DNA of 64,000 nt. Source: Bacteroidales bacterium. Lineage in GTDB: Bacteria; Bacteroidota; Bacteroidia; Bacteroidales; VadinHA17. This document shows, piece by piece, positions 37,670 to 46,169 of this stretch. The notes under the pieces were generated by a model. The model was not told the origin of the DNA and made no database searches. It worked only from the letters and a program-made list of their open reading frames with translations. Position 1 is the stretch's first letter, and each line of letters starts with the position of its first letter. The DNA lies in the NCBI GenBank assembly GCA_011620595.1, contig WOYX01000024.1, positions 10,984-74,983 of the forward strand, read 5' to 3'. A program made the translations under genes and the position numbers.

Positions 37670-39009
37670 AGGAGAGAAGTTTTCCCGAAATAAGCGTGGG
37701 TATTGTGTCAGGCAAGGCACTGACAGTCACTCTCAACGGAGAGTACAATGTCTCCGGGGGAGAGAGAAGCATAAAGGGTCAGTGGACTGCAGCAATCAGT
37801 GACGGGAGAGTGCTGCTTACAGGTGACGGAGCCGCCCTGCATGCAGGCAGGGAGCTGATACTGGTGCCAACAGATGACCTGCGCTGCAGCTTCACCCTAC
37901 ATGCCGTGACCATAGGCGTCGCCTTTCACTGGGAGCGCAATGAGGACCAGACCTTCGTGGGTAAGCTGAAGTTCATGATCATTGAAGGTCAGGTTACGGC
38001 AGTCAATCTGGTACCTGTCGAGGATTATCTTGCCAGTGTGATCTCCTCGGAGATGAGTGCCACCTCATCGGTGGAGCTGCTGAAGGCGCACGCCGTAATC
38101 TCAAGGAGCTGGCTGGTGGCGCAGATCGACAAAACCGCGCGGCTGGAGGCAGGCGGAAAGAGACATATTGCAAACCAGGTCACTGAAAGTGAAATCATAC
38201 GGTGGTATGACCGGGAAGACCATAAGGAGTATGATGTCTGCGCTGATGATCACTGCCAGCGTTACCAGGGCATTACCAGGGCAACAACGCCGGAGGTGGA
38301 GAGCGCTGTGCGGGAGACAGCCGGGGAGGTGCTCATGTCAGGCGATACCCTGTGCGATGCACGTTACTCCAAGTGCTGCGGCGGTATCACCGAACTGTTT
38401 GAAAACGTATGGGAGCCGGTGAGCCACGACTGTCTGCAGAGTATCACAGATGCTGCCCAACCGCCGGAGGGCTTCGACACGGATCTCACCGTGGAGGAGA
38501 ATGCCGTCAGATGGATCAGGGGAAACCCCGAAGCCTATTGCAATACCGGTGACAGGGCGGTTCTGGCGCAGGTGCTCAACAGCTATGACCAGGAGACCAA
38601 CGACTTCTTCCGTTGGAAGGTGGCATACAGGCAGGAGGAGCTGAGTGGGCTGGTGAGGGAGCGTACCGGCATCGACTTCGGTATGATAACAGCACTGGAA
38701 CCGTTGGAACGAGGCACCTCCGGACGAATCATAAAACTGAAGATCACGGGTGACAAAAAGAGTATGATAATAGGCAAGGAACTGGAGATAAGAAAGGCAC
38801 TCTCAACGTCGCATCTTTACAGCTCGGCCTTCTTTGTAGAGACGGAAGATAATGAACATGGCAGATCGTTTATCCTTCACGGCGCCGGCTGGGGTCACGG
38901 GGTGGGACTCTGCCAGATAGGAGCCGCGGTGATGGGTGCCGCGGGCTTCGGATACAGGGAGATTCTCTCGCACTATTTTGTACATTCAGTGCTTCAAAGG
39001 ATATACTGA
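37666..39009 (+). CDS. SpoIID/LytB-domain protein (lytic transglycosylase family)
   Basis: YLASVISSEMSATSSVELLKAHAVISRSW, DVCADDHCQRYQG, CDARYSKCCGG, GHGVGLCQIGA. The start is placed at the ATG at 37666 (ATGA overlap with the upstream stop). No obvious signal peptide. Confidence 0.75.
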   Translation: MKERSFPEISVGIVSGKALTVTLNGEYNVSGGERSIKGQWTAAISDGRVLLTGDGAALHAGRELILVPTDDLRCSFTLHAVTIGVAFHWERNEDQTFVGKLKFMIIEGQVTAVNLVPVEDYLASVISSEMSATSSVELLKAHAVISRSWLVAQIDKTARLEAGGKRHIANQVTESEIIRWYDREDHKEYDVCADDHCQRYQGITRATTPEVESAVRETAGEVLMSGDTLCDARYSKCCGGITELFENVWEPVSHDCLQSITDAAQPPEGFDTDLTVEENAVRWIRGNPEAYCNTGDRAVLAQVLNSYDQETNDFFRWKVAYRQEELSGLVRERTGIDFGMITALEPLERGTSGRIIKLKITGDKKSMIIGKELEIRKALSTSHLYSSAFFVETEDNEHGRSFILHGAGWGHGVGLCQIGAAVMGAAGFGYREILSHYFVHSVLQRIY

Positions 39010-39010
39010 G

Positions 39011-41479
39011 ATGAAAACCGCTATTTCGCTTGCATTGCTGTTCTGCATGCCGGCTTTTACCGCAGAAGCAGACTCATGGATAAGGATCAACCAGCTGGGG
39101 TACCTTCCGCAGTCGGTGAAGGTGGCAGTATATATCTCGCAGGAGCCGGGGGCCAAACCTACATTCACGGTCTGTGATGCCCTGACGGGAAAAAGGGTGT
39201 TCATCGGTAAGGCCTCCATTTATGACGGTTCGGCATGGGGTATGAGTGCGGCAGCCAGACTTGACTTCTCGGCGCTGACCACCCCGGGAGGCTATTATAT
39301 CAGATACGGAAACACCATCTCGGAGACCTTTCGCATCGGTCATGGGGTCTATGACGGCACCGCTGACTTCATCCTAAAATATATCAGGCAGCAGCGTTGC
39401 GGGTACAACCCCTTTCTTGCCGACTCATGTCATGCCCATGACGGGGTCATTGTGGATCATCCGACACTCACCGGCACGGTCATCGATGTCAGGGGAGGGT
39501 ATCATGATGCCAGTGATCACCTGAGATACACAGCCACCACATCCAACTCGGTTTACCAGATGATGTTCGCCTGGGAGAGATGCCCGGAGATTTTTGGCGA
39601 CAGCCATGATGCGGCCGGAATGCCCGGCAGCAACGGCATCCCCGACATCCTGGATGAGGCAAGGTGGGGTCTGGAGTGGCTGCTGAAGATGAACCCCGAC
39701 AGCGGGATGATGTACAACCAGGTGGCTGACGACCGTGATCACCGGGGATTCAGGCTGCCGAACCTCGACAAGGCCGACTACGGGCTGGGGCCCCACAGAC
39801 CGGTGTACTTCGTCACGGGCAAGCCGCAGGGACTGGCCAGGTTCAAGAACCGCACCGAGGGAGTCTCCTCTACGGCAGGTAAGTTTGCATCGGTCTTTGC
39901 CATGGGAGCACGCCTCTTTGCCGACAGTGATCCCTCATTTGCCTCCCTCATGGCGGCAAAGGCTGCCGATGCGCTGGAGTTTGCCCGTACTGACCCCGGT
40001 GCGACACAGACAGCCTGTAATGTCTCTCCCTATTTCTATGAGGAGGATAACTATGTTGATGACATGGAACTGGCAGCATGGGAGCTCTGGTCACTCACAG
40101 GTGATGAGGAGCTCCTTGCCGAGGCCGACTACTGGGGGACGCTCGAGCCATTCACGCCGTGGATAGAGAAGGATACGGCACGTCATTACCAGTTTTATCC
40201 GTTTGTCAACCTGGGGCACGCACAACTCGCCATGTCAGACACGAAATATTCCCGGAAATACATTGATTTCATGCGTAAGGGACTCGACCTTATCAACGCC
40301 CGGGACCGGAATGATGTCTTTCAGTTGAAGATACCCTTTGTATGGTGCTCCAACAACTATGTGGCCGCTACCCTGACACAGTGCAGGCTATACCGCGAAA
40401 TCACGGGAGACGGGAGGTTTGATCATATGGAGGCGGCCATGCGCGACTGGCTCTTCGGGTGCAACCCGTGGGGAACATCAATGATATGCGGACTGCCGGC
40501 CGGCGGGGACTACCCTCTCTATCCCCACTCGGCCGTTACCGTCTACCTTGGCCAGACGACAACGGGAGGACTGGTTGACGGGCCGGTGTACAAGGGCATC
40601 TATGAAAATCTCACGGGACTGACACTGCTGAAACCGGATCCCTATGCCGCCTTCCAGAACGGTCCTGTCGTCTATCATGATGACATCGGCGACTACAGCA
40701 CCAATGAACCCACACTCGACGGTACAGCAAGCCTCAGCTATTACCTCTCAACACTGGAGAAGGAGGGAAGGCAGGGCCGAAAAGAGGCTTCGGGCGATAT
40801 CCGGGATGATCACGGCGCTCTCATCAGGAAGGGATCCGATGAAAAGGCAATATACCTGCTTTTCTCGGCCGATGAGTATGGCGAAGGGTTTGATCACATA
40901 CTCAATGTACTTGACCGGAAAATGATCAAAGGCTCTTTCTTTCTGACAGGCAAATTTCTGAGAAACAAACAGTTTGCGCCTGTCGCAAAACGACTGGTTT
41001 CCGGCGGCCATTATCTCGGTCCTCACTCGGACGGACATCTGCTATATATGCCGTGGGAGAACCGCGACACCCTGCTTGTCACCAAGGATCAGTTCAACCA
41101 GGACATCAGAAAAAACATCATTGAGCTGGGGCGGGCAGGAGTGAGGGAGAAACCCCGCTGGTTTCTGGCGCCGTACGAATGGTACAACAGTGCCATCAGC
41201 AGGTGGAGTGAAGAGCTGGGACTCACACTGGTGAACTTCACCCCGGGCACCGGCACCAGCGCTGACTACACCACTCCTGAGATGGCAAACTACAGGTCAT
41301 CTGAATACCTGTTTGAGAGGCTTGCCAGTTTTGAGGAGAGATCACCGCAGGGACTCAACGGGGCGCTGCTACTGATCCACCCGGGCACGGATCCGGCACG
41401 GGATGACAAGTTTTACCTGAAGCTGGAAGAGCTTATTGAATATTACCAGAAAAAAGGTTATACATTTAAAAAGTTATAA
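39011..41479 (+). CDS. Secreted fusion of a GH9 glycoside hydrolase and a NodB/CE4-type polysaccharide deacetylase
   Basis: Signal peptide MKTAISLALLFCMPAFTAEA. GH9 motifs GGYHDASDHLRY (both Asp of DAGD retained) and STNEPTLDGTA (catalytic Glu). The C-terminal ~230 aa carry LFSADEYG and the HSDGH (HxxxH) deacetylase motifs. Confidence 0.7.
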   Translation: MKTAISLALLFCMPAFTAEADSWIRINQLGYLPQSVKVAVYISQEPGAKPTFTVCDALTGKRVFIGKASIYDGSAWGMSAAARLDFSALTTPGGYYIRYGNTISETFRIGHGVYDGTADFILKYIRQQRCGYNPFLADSCHAHDGVIVDHPTLTGTVIDVRGGYHDASDHLRYTATTSNSVYQMMFAWERCPEIFGDSHDAAGMPGSNGIPDILDEARWGLEWLLKMNPDSGMMYNQVADDRDHRGFRLPNLDKADYGLGPHRPVYFVTGKPQGLARFKNRTEGVSSTAGKFASVFAMGARLFADSDPSFASLMAAKAADALEFARTDPGATQTACNVSPYFYEEDNYVDDMELAAWELWSLTGDEELLAEADYWGTLEPFTPWIEKDTARHYQFYPFVNLGHAQLAMSDTKYSRKYIDFMRKGLDLINARDRNDVFQLKIPFVWCSNNYVAATLTQCRLYREITGDGRFDHMEAAMRDWLFGCNPWGTSMICGLPAGGDYPLYPHSAVTVYLGQTTTGGLVDGPVYKGIYENLTGLTLLKPDPYAAFQNGPVVYHDDIGDYSTNEPTLDGTASLSYYLSTLEKEGRQGRKEASGDIRDDHGALIRKGSDEKAIYLLFSADEYGEGFDHILNVLDRKMIKGSFFLTGKFLRNKQFAPVAKRLVSGGHYLGPHSDGHLLYMPWENRDTLLVTKDQFNQDIRKNIIELGRAGVREKPRWFLAPYEWYNSAISRWSEELGLTLVNFTPGTGTSADYTTPEMANYRSSEYLFERLASFEERSPQGLNGALLLIHPGTDPARDDKFYLKLEELIEYYQKKGYTFKKL

Positions 41480-41481
41480 GC

Positions 41482-43152
41482 ATGGCAGGCAAGAATGCCA
41501 ACCGGTCACCATGGGCGTGGGTTCCTTCGCTCTATTTTTACCAGGGTATTCCCTATAGCATCGTGATGACCACCTCGGGTCTCATCTACAAGACAATGGG
41601 TATCTCGATAGCCTCGTTTGCATTCTGGACGAGCATTCTCTATCTTCCCTGGGCGCTGAAGCCACTCTGGAGCCCGTACATAGATGTAGTCTCCACCAAA
41701 CGCAACTGGGTGGTGTGGACGCAGCTGTTGATCGCAGCCACCTTTGTCGGTGCCGGCCTTGCGATGCAGCTTCCGCTATTCTATCCAATCACCATAGCGA
41801 TCTTTGCCATCATCGCCATCTCGTCGGCGAGCCATGACATAGCCGCTGACGGGTTCTATATGTATGCCCTCAACCAGCACAAGCAGGCCTATTTTGTAGG
41901 TATACGAAGCACCTTCTACCGTTTTGCAATGCTGACCGCGCTGGGGCTGATACCGCTGGTTGCCGGGATAGTACAGAAAAACACCGGTCTTGAGCCTCTC
42001 GCTTTTGAGGCGAGATCAGTGGTTATGACAGATTATCAGCCTTTTGATCCTGCGCTTATAGAGATTAAGGAAGAGCCCGGAGAACCCCGGATACTGCTCT
42101 ACCCCGAGGAGATTACCGTGCCGATGTGGGAGGCGGGGGTCTCCGAGCTCGACTCAGCAGTTATTTACATAGCCCTCTCCGCTCCGCCGGAGGAGGGAGA
42201 GACCATCGTTGTCAATATTGCCCGCGAAAGCGGAAGCAAGGATATCGATATACCCAGGAACCAGGTAAGCAGGTTCGAGTTCACCGGCAGCAACTGGAAC
42301 GTCCCTGTTGCCGTCTCGCTGAAAACCCATCATAACCTCAAGGAGGTCACAACGGCGGAGTTTGGCATCACCGCCGGCAATATAGCCTTCAGCTGGACAG
42401 TATCGCTGGGGGTACTCGGGCTGCTGCTGCTTCTGCTGGCGCTCTATAACCGCTATATTCTTCCGCGGCCTCCAGAGAACGACATCCGTGAGAAGGTAAG
42501 CCTGAAGGTCTTTGTTGAGGTCTTCGTCTCCTTCTTCACCAAGCCGGGTGTTGTCGCTGCCCTCGCCTTCTTCCTTCTTTACAGGCTTGGCGAGGCACAG
42601 CTGGTGAAGATCGCCACACCATTCCTGGTCGATTCCAGGAGCATGGGCGGCATAGGGTTAACATCGGCACAGTATGGCATCATCTACGGTACCCTGGGGA
42701 TGGTCTGCCTGACCATAGGGGGTATCCTCGGCGGCATCCTTGCAGCGAAGTACGGGCTGAAAAAGCTGATCTGGTACATGGCTGTGGCAATGAACCTGCC
42801 CAACGTGGTATATGTCTATCTTGCATTTGCCCAGCCCATGCCGGGTGATCTGGGGGTCTACCTCTCCATCGCTACGGAACAGTTCGGTTACGGCTTCGGG
42901 TTTACGGCCTATTCTCTCTTCATGCTCTATTATGTGGGAGAGAGTAAATACAAGACCGCCGAGTTCGCCATAGGTACCTCACTGATGGCCCTCGGGATGA
43001 TGCTGCCGGGTATGGTATCGGGAAAGATATACGAGGCGATAGGCTATGAACACTTCTTCATCTGGGTGTTGATATGCACCATTCCGGGGATGCTCTCGAT
43101 ACTGTTCCTGAAGATCGATCCCGGGTTTGGACTCAAGAAGAACGAAGATTAA
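41482..43152 (+). CDS. ampG: AmpG-family muropeptide MFS permease with a ~135-aa insertion in the central loop
   Basis: LKPLWSPYID and SSASHDIAADGF match E. coli AmpG FKFLWSPLMD and SASQDIVFDAW. A non-hydrophobic insert lies at about aa 168-303. Confidence 0.65.
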   Translation: MAGKNANRSPWAWVPSLYFYQGIPYSIVMTTSGLIYKTMGISIASFAFWTSILYLPWALKPLWSPYIDVVSTKRNWVVWTQLLIAATFVGAGLAMQLPLFYPITIAIFAIIAISSASHDIAADGFYMYALNQHKQAYFVGIRSTFYRFAMLTALGLIPLVAGIVQKNTGLEPLAFEARSVVMTDYQPFDPALIEIKEEPGEPRILLYPEEITVPMWEAGVSELDSAVIYIALSAPPEEGETIVVNIARESGSKDIDIPRNQVSRFEFTGSNWNVPVAVSLKTHHNLKEVTTAEFGITAGNIAFSWTVSLGVLGLLLLLLALYNRYILPRPPENDIREKVSLKVFVEVFVSFFTKPGVVAALAFFLLYRLGEAQLVKIATPFLVDSRSMGGIGLTSAQYGIIYGTLGMVCLTIGGILGGILAAKYGLKKLIWYMAVAMNLPNVVYVYLAFAQPMPGDLGVYLSIATEQFGYGFGFTAYSLFMLYYVGESKYKTAEFAIGTSLMALGMMLPGMVSGKIYEAIGYEHFFIWVLICTIPGMLSILFLKIDPGFGLKKNED

Positions 43153-43169
43153 CTAAATCAGGGAGCGAC

Positions 43170-46106
43170 ATGATAACGGAAGAGAAGTTCAGAAGGCTTG
43201 CAGGCGAGATCACGGGAGATCTTTATACTGACATCACACAGCGTATACTCTATGCCACGGATGCCTCGGCATACAGGGAGGTGCCCCTGGCAGTGACGAG
43301 GCCCGCCGGCCGTGATGATATCAAAAAGATAATTGCTTTTGCCCGCAACGAGGGCACATCAGTGATCCCCCGCGGGGCCGGCACCTCGCTGGCAGGCCAG
43401 GTGGTGGGGCCGGGGATCGTCATGGATATCTCAAAACATCTGAACCGCATCCTTGAGTTCAATCCGGAAGAGCACTGGGTTAAGGTTGAACCCGGCGTCG
43501 TACTGGCGGAGCTGAACCGCTATGTTGCTCCTCACGGCCTGCAGTTTGGTCCCGAGACATCCACCGCAAACCGCTGCTGCATGGGAGGCATGCTGGGCAA
43601 CAACTCATGCGGTGCGCACTCCATCATCCACGGCAGCGTGAGAGACCACATCCTCGAGGTCGATGCTGTACTCTCCGACGGATCAGAAGTCCATTTTGGC
43701 GCTCTCACCACGGAGGAGTTCAATGCAAAGTGCGACGGTGACCCGGAGCTGCTGGAGACACAGATTTACAGGAATCTCCGCAACATCCTCTCTGACCGGC
43801 AAAATGTGGAGGAGATAGAGAGGGAGTTCCCTCATCCGGAGTTGCGGCGCCGGAACAACGGGTATGCCCTCGATGTACTGCTGAGGACGGATGCCTTCAC
43901 CGGTAACGGCGAGAAGATAAATGTATGCAGGCTTCTGGCAGGATCAGAAGGTACGCTGGCCTTCACCACCGCCATGAAGCTGAACCTGGTGCCGGTGACC
44001 GAACAGAAAACCGGGTTGCTCTGCGCTCACTTCAGCAGCCTCCAGGATGCCGTCAGGGCTAACATCATCGTACTTAAGCACTCACCTGCCGCCGTGGAGC
44101 TGATAGATGACTATATCGTCAACTGCACCGGCGACAACATAGAGCAGAGTAAAAACCGCTTCTTCATCAAGGGAGATCCGAAGGCAATACTGCTGATTGA
44201 GATCATCAGGCCGACGGTTGAGGAGATAGAAAAGACAGCCTCAGCGATGGAGAGGGATATGATTGCGGCAGGCTACGGATATCATTTCCCGCTTTATACC
44301 GGCGCCGATGAGATGGCGAGGGTGTGGGAGCTGCGCAAGGCCGGCCTGGGTGTGCTGCTGAATATCCCCGGCAGGAGGAAGAGTGTGCAGGTCATCGAGG
44401 ACACCGCGGTGCTGCCGGAACTCTTACCGGGTTATTTGGAGGATGTCACCGCGGTACTTGAAAAATACGGACTGAGCTGTGCCTATTACGCACATATTGC
44501 CACCGGTGAGCTGCATCTGAGTCCGCTTCTCGACCTGAAAGACCCTGCCGATATAGAGATATTTCACGGACTGGCAAGGGATATCGCCATGCTTGTGAAA
44601 AAATACAGGGGCTCGCTCAGCGGTGAGCACGGCGACGGCAGGCTGAGAGGCGAGTTTATTCCCCTGATGCTCGGGGAGCATAACTACGAACTGCTGAAGA
44701 CAATCAAGAAGACGTGGGATCCCACCTCCGTTTTCAATCCGGGAAAAATCACCGACACCCCGCCGATAACTGAAAACCTGAGGTATCCGGCAGGTGTCAG
44801 GATAAAGGTGCCGGGGATCGTCTTTGACTTCCCCGAAGAGGAGGGGCTGCTCTATGCCACGGAGAAGTGCAGCGGCTCGGCCGACTGCCGGAAGAGCGCC
44901 CTTGTGGGCGGCACCATGTGTCCCACCTTCATGGCAATGGGCGACGAGGATAAGTCGACACGTGCCAGGGCAAATATCCTGAGGGAGTTCCTGACGAGAT
45001 CGGAAAAGAGGGACCCGTTTGACCATGAGGAGATATACCGGGTGATGGACCTCTGTCTCTCATGCAAGGCATGCAAGGCTGAGTGTCCTTCCAATGTTGA
45101 TATGGCAAAGCTTAAGGCTGAGTTCATGCAGCATTATTATGACATCCACCATGTACCTTTCCGTGCATGGCTGATAGCTTGGCTACCAAGGATTTATGTT
45201 CCAGGGATGATGATTCGTCCGCTGACCAACCTCGTCACCTCCACGGCTCTGTTCAAGCGAATCATAGGCTTCTCTGTAAAACGCCCGATCCCGGCTCTCT
45301 CGCCCATGACACTGAGGAGCTGGAAAAAAAGGCACGAAAGAAAGAACGGGCAGCTGAACGGCAGCAAAGGAACCGTCTGCCTCTTTGCCGATGAGTTCAC
45401 CAACTACAATGAGAGCGATATCGGCATCAAGGCGGTGATGCTCCTGGAGAGACTGGGATACAGCGTTATCATCCCGCGACACAGGGAGAGCGGACGCACA
45501 TTCCTCTCCAAGGGACTGATACGGTCGGCACGCAAGCTGGCCCTGAAAAACATACTGATGCTGAGGGATGTTGTCTCCGATGACCGTCCGCTTATAGGCA
45601 TCGAGCCGTCAGCGCTCCTTACCTTCCGTGACGAGTATCCTGAAATGGCTGGAGAGGCTCTGGCTGAGGATGCACGCAACATAGCACGTAACGCACTTCT
45701 CTTTGAGGAGTTCATCTCGCGGGAGACAGAGAGGGGTAATATCACTCCTGACCAGTTCACTGACAGAGCCCTGAATATATTGCTGCACGGCCACTGCCAG
45801 CAGAAGGCTGTTGCATCAACGGCTCCCACCATCAGGATGCTTTCACTGCCCCGCAACTATAGCGTTGAGGAGATAAATGACGGCTGCTGCGGCATGGCAG
45901 GAGCCTTCGGTTATGAGAAGGAGCACTATGACCTGAGCATGAAGATAGGAGAGATGGTGTTGTTCCCGGCTGTGCGGGCCGCTGAGGCCGACACGGTGAT
46001 AGCTGCACCGGGCACCTCCTGCCGGAACCATATTGCTGACGGCACGGGACGCCGGGCGCTGCATCCCGTAGAGATAATGTATGAAGCACTTAAGAAACAG
46101 GCTTGA
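43170..46106 (+). CDS. FAD-linked oxidase fused to a 2x[4Fe-4S]/CCG module (Dld-II / GlcD-GlcF-type 2-hydroxyacid dehydrogenase)
   Basis: PRGAGTSLAGQ (FAD_binding_4), SGEHGDGRLR, CLSCKACKAECPSNVD, HGHCQQK...DGCCGMAGAFGY...APGTSCRNH. The start is placed at the ATG at 43170 (MITEEKF). Confidence 0.7.
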   Translation: MITEEKFRRLAGEITGDLYTDITQRILYATDASAYREVPLAVTRPAGRDDIKKIIAFARNEGTSVIPRGAGTSLAGQVVGPGIVMDISKHLNRILEFNPEEHWVKVEPGVVLAELNRYVAPHGLQFGPETSTANRCCMGGMLGNNSCGAHSIIHGSVRDHILEVDAVLSDGSEVHFGALTTEEFNAKCDGDPELLETQIYRNLRNILSDRQNVEEIEREFPHPELRRRNNGYALDVLLRTDAFTGNGEKINVCRLLAGSEGTLAFTTAMKLNLVPVTEQKTGLLCAHFSSLQDAVRANIIVLKHSPAAVELIDDYIVNCTGDNIEQSKNRFFIKGDPKAILLIEIIRPTVEEIEKTASAMERDMIAAGYGYHFPLYTGADEMARVWELRKAGLGVLLNIPGRRKSVQVIEDTAVLPELLPGYLEDVTAVLEKYGLSCAYYAHIATGELHLSPLLDLKDPADIEIFHGLARDIAMLVKKYRGSLSGEHGDGRLRGEFIPLMLGEHNYELLKTIKKTWDPTSVFNPGKITDTPPITENLRYPAGVRIKVPGIVFDFPEEEGLLYATEKCSGSADCRKSALVGGTMCPTFMAMGDEDKSTRARANILREFLTRSEKRDPFDHEEIYRVMDLCLSCKACKAECPSNVDMAKLKAEFMQHYYDIHHVPFRAWLIAWLPRIYVPGMMIRPLTNLVTSTALFKRIIGFSVKRPIPALSPMTLRSWKKRHERKNGQLNGSKGTVCLFADEFTNYNESDIGIKAVMLLERLGYSVIIPRHRESGRTFLSKGLIRSARKLALKNILMLRDVVSDDRPLIGIEPSALLTFRDEYPEMAGEALAEDARNIARNALLFEEFISRETERGNITPDQFTDRALNILLHGHCQQKAVASTAPTIRMLSLPRNYSVEEINDGCCGMAGAFGYEKEHYDLSMKIGEMVLFPAVRAAEADTVIAAPGTSCRNHIADGTGRRALHPVEIMYEALKKQA

Positions 46107-46169
46107 CTTAATCATATACGGATTGCGACTCTTCAGAAATAGGTTTTAATAAAATAAATACCAGTAACG

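Noticed and set aside
39011-41479. Annotating the GH9 protein as a cellulase (endoglucanase)
   Set aside because: The family membership is solid. However, the fusion to a deacetylase and the peptidoglycan/amino-sugar neighbourhood argue against assuming cellulose as the substrate, so specificity is left open.
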